Below are positions 27,312-37,118 of a stretch of DNA of 41,017 nucleotides, in pieces (within the stretch, counting starts at the first letter, position 1; each line of letters opens with the position of its first letter). Position numbers and translations under genes: made by a program. The DNA lies in assembly GCA_043818055.1 (NCBI GenBank), contig JBDRGF010000156.1:1-41017 (forward strand). Reading direction: 5' to 3'. This DNA comes from Pseudomonadota bacterium (GTDB lineage Bacteria; UBA10199; 2-02-FULL-44-16; JBDRGF01). A model generated the notes under the pieces. That model searched no databases. It was not told the origin of the DNA and was given only the letters and a program-made list of their open reading frames with translations.

Positions 27312-28315
27312 GTTTATTCGCTAACATAATCTTCTTTTTGCTTCTCCTCTGTGCCTCGGCATATTTCTCAGGCACGGAGACAGTCCTCTTTTCCCTCTCC
27401 AGGGTGCAGAGACGAAGCTACAGGACAAAAAAAACGCTTGCGGCCAAAAAAATATGCGAGATCTTTGCAAAGCCGCGAGAGATTCTGGTCACAATTCTCA
27501 TCGGCAATGAAATAGCAAATGTCGCGCTCTCCGTTGTCGGCGCGTCGATCTTAGCATTCCTCATAAGAGGCGATGTCAGGATGGAGAGCGCAATATCCAT
27601 TCTCATCATAACACCCCTTCTGCTGATATTCGGCGAGATAATGCCAAAGAGCATCGCGATAAACTTCGCGCGGAATCTTGTCCCCATAGTCATATTTCCA
27701 CTCATCCTCTTTTCGAAGATCGTCTGGCCGCTGAGGGTTGTATTTACCTGGGTAGCGAACAGAATCACCCACCTCTTCGGCGGGAGTTCGAGAAAGTCGA
27801 GCGCCGCTATGATGGAGGATGAATTCAGGCGTCTCGTTGATCTTGGAAAGAAGGAGGGGGCTTTAGAAGAGGAGGAGCGCGATCTCATACACAAGGTGTT
27901 CGATTTCAGCGACAAGGTTGTTTCAAATATCATGACACCTGTTAACGAAATATTCTCACTACCTGTGAACATGCCTTACAACCTTATGCTCAAGAGGATC
28001 ATGGAGGAGAGATTCAGCAGAGTGCCTATCTATGAAGGCGAGTTGAATAATATAATCGGGATTTTGCATGTACGGGATCTCTTCGCGTATGAGAAACAGA
28101 AGGATTCGGGCGGTCTTCATGATATGAAGGCGTGGCTGCACAAATCGCTATTTGTCGAACCGAATGAGCCGATCGAGAAGCTTTTAAGATCATTTCAGAT
28201 GACACATCTGCATCTCGCGTTGGTTAAAGGCGAAAATGATATTCTTGGAATCGTTACGCTGGATGATGTTTTAGAGGAACTCTTCGGTAAAATTCAGGAG
28301 AGAAAGAGGATATGA
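27308..28315 (+). CDS. CNNM/DUF21-CBS hemolysin-family membrane protein (no C-terminal CorC_HlyC domain)
   Basis: SAYFSGTET, ILIGN, FGEIMPK, IMTP, FSRVPIY, GIVTLDDVLEELFG. Confidence 0.9.
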   Translation: MSLFANIIFFLLLLCASAYFSGTETVLFSLSRVQRRSYRTKKTLAAKKICEIFAKPREILVTILIGNEIANVALSVVGASILAFLIRGDVRMESAISILIITPLLLIFGEIMPKSIAINFARNLVPIVIFPLILFSKIVWPLRVVFTWVANRITHLFGGSSRKSSAAMMEDEFRRLVDLGKKEGALEEEERDLIHKVFDFSDKVVSNIMTPVNEIFSLPVNMPYNLMLKRIMEERFSRVPIYEGELNNIIGILHVRDLFAYEKQKDSGGLHDMKAWLHKSLFVEPNEPIEKLLRSFQMTHLHLALVKGENDILGIVTLDDVLEELFGKIQERKRI

Positions 28316-29553
28316 CGCTGACAGTTCTTATACCGCTTTTGGTTGTTCTTTTATTGATCCATGGCTTTTTTTCCGGAAGCGAGATGGCAGTGGTCAATGC
28401 CGACCGGAATAAGTTGAGGGCCAAGGCTCATGTTGGAAATAAGGGCGCCAAAATAGCCCTGGCCTTTCTTTCCAATCCCACCCGGTTTTTTTCTGTAGTT
28501 TTGTTCGGAACTAATATCTGTATCGTCAGCGCATCGGTCGTCGTGACTTTGTATATCATCAAGACTTATGGCTTTGAATATCTGCCACTTGCTATGCTCT
28601 ATGGCCCGTTGGCCCTTCTCTTCGGAGAGGTGTTGCCCAAATCTGTCTATCAACGTCATGCGGACAATCTTGTGGTGAGAGTCGCTCCTCTTTTGCAGTT
28701 TTTTTATTATCTCCTCTATCCCTTTGTCACCCTTCTCACCATTTTTACAAATATCTTTTTGCGCAAGGTCAAAAAGGCGGTGCCGCATACCAGATCCCTT
28801 GAGGTGACGAGAGAGGATCTCGAGCTGATGGTCGAGCCAACTTCTTCCGAAACGGGGACGACCGATATCAAACTTTATGAACGGACGATGGTTTCGAGAA
28901 TACTGGACCTGGCTGAAAAGCGCGTTGAAAATGTCATGACCCCTCTCGTCGATATAGTGGCGCTTCCGATCACGGCATCAAGGGATGATGTGATAAATGC
29001 CCTTGAAGAGAATGAATATTCGAGGATTCCGGTTTATAAGGACAGAATTTTCAATATCGTTGGCGTCATCAAGGGTGCGGATCTGATCTTCAATCAAAAA
29101 GATATGCCGCTCAAAAAGTTTATATCGCCGATTGTCTATGTCCCGGAGGATATGCATCTCGACGAGCTTCTGATAAGTATGAGGCGGGAGGAATCTCCCA
29201 TGGCTGTCGCTGTCGATGAATACGGTGCTGCTACAGGGCTTGTCACAGCTGAGGATCTCTGGGAGGAGGTCGTAGGCGAGATCAGGGATGAACACGATGA
29301 AGATGTACTCCCTTACAAGACGCTTGGGAAGAATAACTATTTGGTCAGCGGTCGCCTCGAGATAGAGCAGGCAAATGATGATTTAGACCTCGACATCCCC
29401 GAGGGGGATTATGAAACGATCGCAGGATTACTTCTTCATCACCTCGAACATATTCCAAAGCAGGACGAGAAGCTTACCCTTGACAACCTCACCTTTATCG
29501 TGCGACGAGCCTCCAAACGCGTCATCCTAGAGGTTGAGGTGATCAAGAAGTAA
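28312..29553 (+). CDS. CNNM/DUF21-CBS-CorC_HlyC hemolysin-family membrane protein
   Basis: GFFSGSEMA, FGEVLPK, YSRIPVY, VDEYG, EDLWEEVVGEIRDEHD, YETIAG. Confidence 0.92.
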   Translation: MTLTVLIPLLVVLLLIHGFFSGSEMAVVNADRNKLRAKAHVGNKGAKIALAFLSNPTRFFSVVLFGTNICIVSASVVVTLYIIKTYGFEYLPLAMLYGPLALLFGEVLPKSVYQRHADNLVVRVAPLLQFFYYLLYPFVTLLTIFTNIFLRKVKKAVPHTRSLEVTREDLELMVEPTSSETGTTDIKLYERTMVSRILDLAEKRVENVMTPLVDIVALPITASRDDVINALEENEYSRIPVYKDRIFNIVGVIKGADLIFNQKDMPLKKFISPIVYVPEDMHLDELLISMRREESPMAVAVDEYGAATGLVTAEDLWEEVVGEIRDEHDEDVLPYKTLGKNNYLVSGRLEIEQANDDLDLDIPEGDYETIAGLLLHHLEHIPKQDEKLTLDNLTFIVRRASKRVILEVEVIKK

Positions 29554-29608
29554 TCGTAGATATTCAAGTCTATGTGCCATGGTTAAACGAATTAGCTTTG
29601 GATATTTA

Positions 29609-29680
29609 CCCAGCGAGCAAAGCGAGCGTGAGGGGGAGGCTCCGTCGGCTTTGCCGAGGGAGGGGGCGACGCTAGCCCCG
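29609..29680. other. GC-rich structured intergenic element
   Basis: GCGAGC twice, hairpin CTCCGTCGGC-ttt-GCCGAGGGAG, then hairpin GGGGC-gacgcta-GCCCC. Confidence 0.5.
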
Positions 29681-29700
29681 GAAATAGAGGTTATTAAAAA

Positions 29701-30840
29701 ATGAGCACAGCATATTTCGAATGTTTTAACGGCATCGCCGGGGATATGGTAATTGGGGCCATGCTTCATGCGGGGCTCCCTCTCGAACATCTGCAGGATG
29801 AACTCTCTAAACTTGGGTTAAGCGGTTATAAAATTTCCGTCGAAGAGAAGTGGCGGACAATCCACGGTGCCGATTTTAAAGTTCATATCGAAGACAAATC
29901 GTATCACAAAAAATACGCTGAAATAATCAGGATCATCGAAGATAGCTCGCTCTCTGGATTCGTAAAGGGGCTGTCAAAAAAAATATTCAAGCGGATGGGC
30001 GAGGCAGAAAGCGCTGTTCACGGCTACTCAGTCGGTGATGTGCATTTTCACGAGGTGGGGGATATAGATGCGATCGTTGATGTGGTGGGGGCGTGCATCG
30101 GCGTCGAGTATTTCAATTTCGATTTGATCGCGGCCTCTCCGATCCCCTTCGGAGGTGGAAGTGTTAAGTGCGCACACGGTGTTTTGCCGAATCCGGCTCC
30201 TGCAACGCTCGAGTTACTAAAGGGCATTCCACTTGAAACCTGCGCTATAAAGGATGAGATCGTCACACCCACTGGTGCTGCGATAATCACGACGATCGCG
30301 CAGCATTTTGGAGAGAGCCCGCTGCAAAAAATTGAGAAGATTGGATACGGCTTTGGCGATAAAGATTATGGAGAACGGGTCAACGCCCTCAGGCTCCTGA
30401 TCGGAGATGGTTTCCCTGTTGTCGTAATTGAGGCGAATATCGACGACATGAATCCCCAGATCTTCGGATATGTCATGGAGAGGCTGTTGGAAAGAGGTGC
30501 TGTCGATGTGCTCATGCAGCCTATGCAGATGAAGAAGAACCGCCCGGGCATTTTGCTCTCCTGCCAGTCCCCATGGAATAAAAAAGATGAGCTGATCGAT
30601 ATTATTTTGAAGGAGACGACGACATTCGGCGTGCGCTACTATCCAGTCGAGCGAAAAGTTTTGAAGAGGGAATTAAAGACTGTCATCGTTGAAAATATGA
30701 ATGTCAGAATCAAACAGGGTTTCGATGACGATGGAAATCTCATCAAAGAAATCCCCGAATACGAAGATGTTAAACGCCTCGCGAGAGAGAAAAACCTCTC
30801 CCTTCAATCCGTTTATAAACTGGTATTAGAAAAAGTGTGA
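29701..30840 (+). CDS. larC: Nickel pincer cofactor biosynthesis protein LarC
   Basis: GIAGDM, VHFHEVG..DAIVDV, AHGVLPNPAPAT, TPTGAA, EANIDDMNP, MKKNRPG, ETTTFGVR, PEYED. Confidence 0.95.
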   Translation: MSTAYFECFNGIAGDMVIGAMLHAGLPLEHLQDELSKLGLSGYKISVEEKWRTIHGADFKVHIEDKSYHKKYAEIIRIIEDSSLSGFVKGLSKKIFKRMGEAESAVHGYSVGDVHFHEVGDIDAIVDVVGACIGVEYFNFDLIAASPIPFGGGSVKCAHGVLPNPAPATLELLKGIPLETCAIKDEIVTPTGAAIITTIAQHFGESPLQKIEKIGYGFGDKDYGERVNALRLLIGDGFPVVVIEANIDDMNPQIFGYVMERLLERGAVDVLMQPMQMKKNRPGILLSCQSPWNKKDELIDIILKETTTFGVRYYPVERKVLKRELKTVIVENMNVRIKQGFDDDGNLIKEIPEYEDVKRLAREKNLSLQSVYKLVLEKV

Positions 30841-30884
30841 ATATAATCACAATATATCAAGTTAATATTGACATATTTTCACAA

Positions 30885-31163
30885 TTTTTAAAGGTCTTGG
30901 GAAATGAAGAACTTTTTTATTGGAGGAATGAAGAAAGGATGGCAGAAATCGACTTTCTCTATGAGCGCCAGGGCCAAATCTATCCGCTTGAGGTTAAATC
31001 CGGAATCAATGTGAAGAGCAAAAGTTTGCGCTATTACGATGAAAAATATAAACCATCATTGATGATCAGGGCAACGCTTCTAAATTTGAAAAAAGATGGA
31101 AAGGTTTTAAATGTACATCTCTATGCTTTGCCTTCTCTTCCCAGGCTTTTGAATCTGATTTGA
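30885..31163 (+). pseudogene. C-terminal (DUF4143-like nuclease) fragment of an AAA ATP-binding protein
   Basis: LFYWRNE...AEIDFL...IYPLEVKSG...KSL...VHLYA, with no ATPase domain upstream. Confidence 0.7.
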
Positions 31164-31164
31164 T

Positions 31165-33660
31165 CTATGGCGCCTTATACGGATCACATTTTTCATCAGT
31201 CTTTGCATTAAAACAGGTGAAGTAGAAGTTGTTATCCTCGCGTTCTTCGAAGAGCTTGTCTCCGAGATCGATGAAGAGATAAAACCCTTCCTTGTCATTT
31301 GGATCAATGATGCCGTTTGGAAATGAGAGATTCGTGGTGGAGCCTGAAAGGATATCCTTGTTCACCGGTAGAACAAAATCAAATTTACCGGTGTAATTCA
31401 CATTATCCCTTTGACCGACTGATCTCATTCTTGAAGCACGGACGATTCCTACAGAATAATTTTTATTTATCACATTTGCTTTGCCGATATTTTTTATAAA
31501 AATAGCCCCACCGTACTGATTCGCTTTCACATCTGTGATGATCAAATCCGGTTTTAGCGTTGCAAGATATTTTTCATCGCATACATCTCCGATGTTGTTT
31601 TTATCCGCATCCTCCTGACCCTTGTTGGAAAATTTTGGACAGTTGTCTTTTACGTTTAGAACTCCATCGCCATCAATGTCGTCGTCGCATTCGTCGCCGA
31701 TCCCGTCCTGGTCCAGATCCTCCAGCCATATAGCTTCAACTTTGATCTTGAGCTCCTTGTCGGAAGGGTCAGGAATGATGTTGCTGACTGCAATATCTAT
31801 GTCATTCGTCTTTCGGCTGCTTACACATTTGAGCTCCATGAGTTTTTTATCCGCGGAGTTTTCGTTTGCATTGAGTGCAAAGCCTTTAATATTGTGACTT
31901 TGAATAACCTGATTGGTTTTGTAATAGAAGGGTTTCGATGCATCTTGGATGCCTGTGGTTTCGAATGCCCATGCGTCAATGAGGCAGAGGGGGCATGTTG
32001 GATTTACTGAAAATGAAATAATCAAATTGTCCGGCTTGCTTCCAAAATTTTTGTTCAGGTCATAATGAAGATAGTAAGCACCAAATGGCTGTAGTTTCCA
32101 GTCAGAATCTGAGATATATTCAAATGAAGTGCTTCTTGGGAGTCCGCGAGATGAGGGGCTTGCGCTTTTATTGGAGGTGCCAAGCCTTAACATGGTCGAA
32201 GTTGGCGATTGCCAGATATTACCTCTTGTATAATACCCCTTTTGCCGGATGAAGTGAAAATCGTCTAAATTGAGTTCTGGTGGGGGAGAATCGTAGTTGC
32301 TAGTTAAAAAATGCATGTGGAATTTTCGAGCCAGAGTCAAAAGGGAGAGATTGTTTTCAACGAGGAAATTTAAAAAGGTCTGTAATTTCCAGCCACCTCT
32401 GTTGAAATAATCTTTCATAAGATCGAATGCTACGTCGTAGCCATATCCAACTGTCGGGACTGTTTTCATCTTTGTAAGATATTCTGTCAGGTAATCGTAA
32501 AATGGTTCATAATATTCAGTGTAGAGCATATCCTTCGGAATTGGGTAGGTATACATCTTGGTCACTTTATTGTTGATAGTTTCACTATAGGGTCCCCAAT
32601 AGTTATATTTTCCATCTATAGCGTTGTCCATCCATGCTGCCATGCTTTCAGCTGCTGCTTTGGCGAATAAATTGTCAGTTTTGCTCAACGTAAAAGATTT
32701 ATCTCTATATCCATATTCGTATTGAATAAAGTGAAAGTATTCATGGTATGCGGTGTAAAACTTTTCACCAACATACTTTAATACAATATCCTTATCATCT
32801 TTCGAAGCTCTGCCTGCTAAAATAAACGGTGGAGATATTCTTACGGGGATTTTAAAATTTGGAACATTAAACCCAAGTGATATAAACTTTTTTCTAACCC
32901 ACTCCATATGTATGGCTGTTTTTAAAATTGGATCAGGCACAGAAAAAATAGATGGTGTTCGTTTTTCTTTTGAGCCGTCTGGGAGGGCGATCTCAAAGTT
33001 TGTGAGCAGATCAGCATCAGGCGTATTATATTTTTTGTCATTACCAGTGCAGCCTTTAAAATATTGAAAACGGAAATTGGCCGTTTCGTAATAATATTTA
33101 CAAGTTGAACTTAGGGATTGTATTTTTTGTCCAAATTCTTCCTTTGAAGAATCTGTTTCGTCACTTTTTAAGTTGCTGAAAGATTGATTTATAATTTTTT
33201 CAATATCAGCTTTGAAATGTTCTCCAAAGCGTTCGGCAAGATCAAGGATCAGGTAATAAACTCCTGTGCCCGACTCCTCGGCTGAAGGAAACTGAAACCT
33301 CTCTCCATGTTTGCCCATATAGACATTTCCCTCAGCTTGCATCTCACCTGCGAATATTTTTGCAATATTTACGATATCCTTATCGGTCCAGCTATCGAAC
33401 CATCGTTCCTGCTCTGCTTCGATTTTGTTAAGAAGAAAATCGTGGATAAAAAGGTTTTCCTTTAACAGATCGTCTTTGGATTTGTCGCTGGAATAGATAT
33501 TGTCCGCAATGCTGTAAAATTCGGAATTTTTCAAATTCAATGTAACATTCGGTATAGTTTTTTCCTGTTGGATTTTTGGGGGAATTCTTTCCATGGCCTG
33601 TGTGTAAATTAAAAAGGCAAACAGTGCTATTATCACAACAAACAACGATATTATTTTCAT
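31165..33660 (-). CDS. Secreted zinc-metallopeptidase-like protein with thrombospondin type-3 Ca-binding repeats and C-terminal CARDB-like domain
   Basis: Signal peptide; HEYFHFIQY followed by [26 protein letters not shown]...[13 protein letters not shown]...KNIG...EEREDNN. Confidence 0.78.
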   Translation of the reverse strand: MKIISLFVVIIALFAFLIYTQAMERIPPKIQQEKTIPNVTLNLKNSEFYSIADNIYSSDKSKDDLLKENLFIHDFLLNKIEAEQERWFDSWTDKDIVNIAKIFAGEMQAEGNVYMGKHGERFQFPSAEESGTGVYYLILDLAERFGEHFKADIEKIINQSFSNLKSDETDSSKEEFGQKIQSLSSTCKYYYETANFRFQYFKGCTGNDKKYNTPDADLLTNFEIALPDGSKEKRTPSIFSVPDPILKTAIHMEWVRKKFISLGFNVPNFKIPVRISPPFILAGRASKDDKDIVLKYVGEKFYTAYHEYFHFIQYEYGYRDKSFTLSKTDNLFAKAAAESMAAWMDNAIDGKYNYWGPYSETINNKVTKMYTYPIPKDMLYTEYYEPFYDYLTEYLTKMKTVPTVGYGYDVAFDLMKDYFNRGGWKLQTFLNFLVENNLSLLTLARKFHMHFLTSNYDSPPPELNLDDFHFIRQKGYYTRGNIWQSPTSTMLRLGTSNKSASPSSRGLPRSTSFEYISDSDWKLQPFGAYYLHYDLNKNFGSKPDNLIISFSVNPTCPLCLIDAWAFETTGIQDASKPFYYKTNQVIQSHNIKGFALNANENSADKKLMELKCVSSRKTNDIDIAVSNIIPDPSDKELKIKVEAIWLEDLDQDGIGDECDDDIDGDGVLNVKDNCPKFSNKGQEDADKNNIGDVCDEKYLATLKPDLIITDVKANQYGGAIFIKNIGKANVINKNYSVGIVRASRMRSVGQRDNVNYTGKFDFVLPVNKDILSGSTTNLSFPNGIIDPNDKEGFYLFIDLGDKLFEEREDNNFYFTCFNAKTDEKCDPYKAP

Positions 33661-33683
33661 AAGTTATCTCCTGTCAGCAGTGT

Positions 33684-34949
33684 TCATCTTCTGGCTTCAA
33701 GCCAGTCATACAGCGGTTGATACACGAACTCCTTTGCATCCTCTCCAATCAAGACGTCGAGATGACCAAAGCCTTCGAGAAGGTGATACTCCCGATCAGT
33801 GCTCTTTATCAGTGTCGGCCCCATAGCCTTCCACTCGAAATTCATGCCAAGGGCGTCAGTCCACATTTGGGAGGCGAAGACTATTATCGGAATGTCGACT
33901 TTTCCAAGATTTTCTCTGAGATGGTAACCGGGGCCGGTCGGAGTGTCGCCATCCCAATTTCCGATATAGGTCTCCTCTGCATAATCGACCAGCGGCCAAT
34001 ATGAGGAATCTGTTGTCATATTGAACGCAAGGAGCATGCCGACGGTCGAGTAGTTATTTTCTACATTTGTGAGCTGGGCATCTCCCCACGCGTTTTGATA
34101 CTGGTCGGCGAGATAGTCAGTGACAGTATTGAAGCCTTCATACGGACCGTAAGTCGGCCCCTGATCGTAATAGAGTCTCACCGCTTCATCAAATCCATCT
34201 CCAAAGACCAGAACGATGTTGTTGTAATATGTTACAGGATCTGCCGTGATTCCCATATCCTGAAAATAAGCGCGATTCGCTTCCGAATTTCCCGCGTCAA
34301 GCTTTGCATGGATCTCGTTTAAGCTTATACTCTCAAGGCTAGTTGGTGCTCCATCAGTCTCCCACGGGGCGCTATCGAGGATTATCATTCCACTAAGATC
34401 ATCGTTCCATCTCTCAGCAGCATAAAGATATACGTAGTGTCCCCCTGAGCTGTGTCCCGCTATAAAGACCTTGCTTGCTCCTGTCTTTACCTTGGCGAAT
34501 TCTATTATTGACTGAATGTCATCAATGAAAACATCATTGCCCCAGGTTGCCATTGAGGAGAGATCCTGGGCTCCCGATGGAACGAAGCTCGTTCTATAAT
34601 CGAGGCTGAAGATCTCGTATCCGCGATTTGCAAGGTAGAGTCTGAAATCATAATTTTCGTCGTAATTTGTCAGAGAGGCGTCGGGATATAGCTTTGCGTT
34701 TGTGAAGGATGGTGGAAGATAGACGACAACCGCCTTTGTGCCAGTCGTCGCATTTTGAACCAGCCTTCTTGCGCCGATTTTATCATATGGGCCAAACGGA
34801 TATCTCGCCAGATTCCAAACTGTCTCTGTGAGATCGCCTATCGGTTGTGTTGATATCTCATCCCAGCTATAAGTCGTGCCACTATTGCAGCCTTGCATAT
34901 AGGACGCGCAAATGATTAAAAGGAGACTGAATATTTTTAGCAGCTTCAT
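33684..34949 (-). CDS. Alpha/beta-hydrolase lipoprotein
   Basis: Lipobox MQGC; LANRGYEIFSLDYR, AGHSSGG nucleophile elbow, GFGHLDVL. Confidence 0.87.
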   Translation of the reverse strand: MKLLKIFSLLLIICASYMQGCNSGTTYSWDEISTQPIGDLTETVWNLARYPFGPYDKIGARRLVQNATTGTKAVVVYLPPSFTNAKLYPDASLTNYDENYDFRLYLANRGYEIFSLDYRTSFVPSGAQDLSSMATWGNDVFIDDIQSIIEFAKVKTGASKVFIAGHSSGGHYVYLYAAERWNDDLSGMIILDSAPWETDGAPTSLESISLNEIHAKLDAGNSEANRAYFQDMGITADPVTYYNNIVLVFGDGFDEAVRLYYDQGPTYGPYEGFNTVTDYLADQYQNAWGDAQLTNVENNYSTVGMLLAFNMTTDSSYWPLVDYAEETYIGNWDGDTPTGPGYHLRENLGKVDIPIIVFASQMWTDALGMNFEWKAMGPTLIKSTDREYHLLEGFGHLDVLIGEDAKEFVYQPLYDWLEARR

Positions 34950-35043
34950 CTATCATTAATCTAACATTGTTTGTTTGTGAAGAAAATATGATTTTTGATG
35001 CTTCGGATATGCAGATTTTTGTTAATGTGATAAAGGGAACCTT

Positions 35044-36099
35044 ATGAAAGTAAAAATCGAAAAACTTGTACATGGTGGTAGCGGGTCAGCCCTTCTTGAT
35101 GGGAAGATGGTCTTTGTTCCATATGCGGTCCCAGGGGATGAGGTCGAGATCGAGATAGTCGCGTCACATCGTGGTTACGACGAGGCGAAGATAGTGAAAA
35201 TTGTAAAACCTTCAGATGATAGGGTAGAGCCTGAGTGCCCTGTCTTCGGGCGTTGCGGCGGTTGCCAATGGCAGCATATTTCTTACGATGCTCAGGCCTA
35301 TTGGAAGGAAAAGATTGTCAGAGAGGCTCTTGTTAGGATTGGCAAAATTCCTGATCCGAATGTTTTGAAGATCATTCCATCGACAGATCAGTGGCATTAT
35401 CGCAATCGTGTTCAGCTTCATGTAGATCGGGAAGGCCGTGTTGGTTTCTACGCGCCGAAGTCTCAGGATGTTGTTGAGTTCGATGAGTGTCTGATCGCTG
35501 CCACTGAGATCAATGAAAAGTTGTCTGAGCTAAAGCCATCTTTGAGAGGACGAGATCGGGGAATATCCATTGAGATAGAGGAGAGGGGTGGGAGCTTTTC
35601 CCAGATCAATTCAGCCCAGAACGAAAGGTTGAAGGGGCTGCTTTGCGATTGGCTGAGAGATGTGCCGCATGAAAATGTCGTGGAGCTCTATGCAGGCAAC
35701 GGCAATTTTAGTTTCGAGCTCTCTAAAATCGCCAAACAGCTGCTTGCGACAGATGTTGACAGAAAGGCGATCGATCATGCGAAAAAAAGGGCGAAGGAAG
35801 AGGGTATCGAAAATCTGAAATTTCTCTCCGCAGATGCCAGGAAGAGTTTGAATCTTCTAAAAGAGCCCACCGATTGTCTGGTGCTAGATCCCCCGAGAAA
35901 GGGGTGCCAAGATATACTTGAGGATATCGTCAGGAGAGAGCCACGGGCGATCATTTATGTTTCCTGCGAACCAGCCACATTAGCGCGTGATTTAAAACAC
36001 CTGCTAGAAGCTGGATATAAGCTTGAAAAGGTTCAGCCGATCGACATGTTCCCCCAGACCTTCCACATCGAATCTGTAAGTTTGTTATTAAAAATATAA
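35044..36099 (+). CDS. rlmD: TRAM-domain RNA (uracil-5)-methyltransferase, RlmD/TrmA family
   Basis: N-terminal TRAM, CPVFGRCGGCQWQH, YRNR, FSQIN, ELYAGNG, LDPPRKG, YVSCEPATLARD, DMFPQT.HIE. Confidence 0.88.
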   Translation: MKVKIEKLVHGGSGSALLDGKMVFVPYAVPGDEVEIEIVASHRGYDEAKIVKIVKPSDDRVEPECPVFGRCGGCQWQHISYDAQAYWKEKIVREALVRIGKIPDPNVLKIIPSTDQWHYRNRVQLHVDREGRVGFYAPKSQDVVEFDECLIAATEINEKLSELKPSLRGRDRGISIEIEERGGSFSQINSAQNERLKGLLCDWLRDVPHENVVELYAGNGNFSFELSKIAKQLLATDVDRKAIDHAKKRAKEEGIENLKFLSADARKSLNLLKEPTDCLVLDPPRKGCQDILEDIVRREPRAIIYVSCEPATLARDLKHLLEAGYKLEKVQPIDMFPQTFHIESVSLLLKI

Positions 36100-36119
36100 C
36101 TATCAACAATGTTTGGACT

Positions 36120-37118
36120 CTAAGAAAACAAAAGATTCACGATTGTTATCGTCGCAAATGTGAGGACTAAAAATCCGAGTGCCATGAGGCCTATCTCTAT
36201 TGTTGTGTATTTGGACTCCTTGGCTTTGGGGGCTGGGTATTCGCTCTTTGCCTTAATTTTGACATCGGGAGGGGGAATCTTTTCACCCATTGGCGTCTTT
36301 TCTTCCTCCTCCTCTTCGCCGGAGGGGATCTCCTTTTCAGATGGTTCGCCGAGAGGGATCTTGTCAGGGTCGATTCTCGCCGGAGCGTTTTTTGGCGCCA
36401 CACTTTCAGGTAATGTCGACAGATTTATATCTTTAGGATTGCGGAAGATCATCACGATAGTACCTAGCGCAATCCTGTCCCCATCGTGAAGAAACTCTTC
36501 GACGATTCTTCTGCTGTTGAGAAATGTCCCGTTCTTGCTCTCAAGGTCGCGGATGGCAATCCCTCCCCATCGCATATTTATCGTGGCATGCCTTCTCGAT
36601 ATCACATGCTCCTTGATGGAGAGATCACAATCGTCATCCCTTCCGATCGCGTATTCACTCTTGCCATCGGTGAATTCGAGGCGCTTTCCTTCGGCGGCGC
36701 CATTTAAGACCTCTAAACTCGGTACCTTCTCCTGCTCGAGCGCTCCCAAAACCTTCTTGAGCAGCTTTACCTCAAGCACCTCGCTGTTGGTCACCTCTTC
36801 AGCAAACTCTTCATCTACGGAGCTTACGCGAAAGAGGATATCAAAGGTCTCTATGCTGATGAGATCTGCGTTTTGCAAAAGGGTTTGTTGATTTGTCTGT
36901 AATTTGTTTCCATTTAAAAAAGTTCCATTAACGCTTCCGAGGTCGATGATATAAGCGTTTTCTCCCTCGATCAAAACTTTTGCGTGTTGGCGTGAGACGC
37001 CTTTTGAAGGGAGAGGAATGCGGCAGCTTGTGAGCCTTCCGATAAAGTTCTCGGCATCTGTGAGTTTTACCTCAACCGATTCCTTGTTCGATCTGTTTGT
37101 GATCTTTACTTTGAACAT
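36120..37118 (-). CDS. Double-FHA-domain protein with C-terminal TM helix
   Basis: Two sets of IGR / SRxHA / DLxSxNGTFLN; Pro/Glu linker; hydrophobic C-terminus. Confidence 0.92.
   Translation of the reverse strand: MFKVKITNRSNKESVEVKLTDAENFIGRLTSCRIPLPSKGVSRQHAKVLIEGENAYIIDLGSVNGTFLNGNKLQTNQQTLLQNADLISIETFDILFRVSSVDEEFAEEVTNSEVLEVKLLKKVLGALEQEKVPSLEVLNGAAEGKRLEFTDGKSEYAIGRDDDCDLSIKEHVISRRHATINMRWGGIAIRDLESKNGTFLNSRRIVEEFLHDGDRIALGTIVMIFRNPKDINLSTLPESVAPKNAPARIDPDKIPLGEPSEKEIPSGEEEEEEKTPMGEKIPPPDVKIKAKSEYPAPKAKESKYTTIEIGLMALGFLVLTFATITIVNLLFS

Noticed and set aside
27308..29553. Tandem CNNM genes as a novelty
   Set aside because: Paired hemolysin-family CBS genes are common; nothing unusual beyond the missing C-terminal domain in the first.
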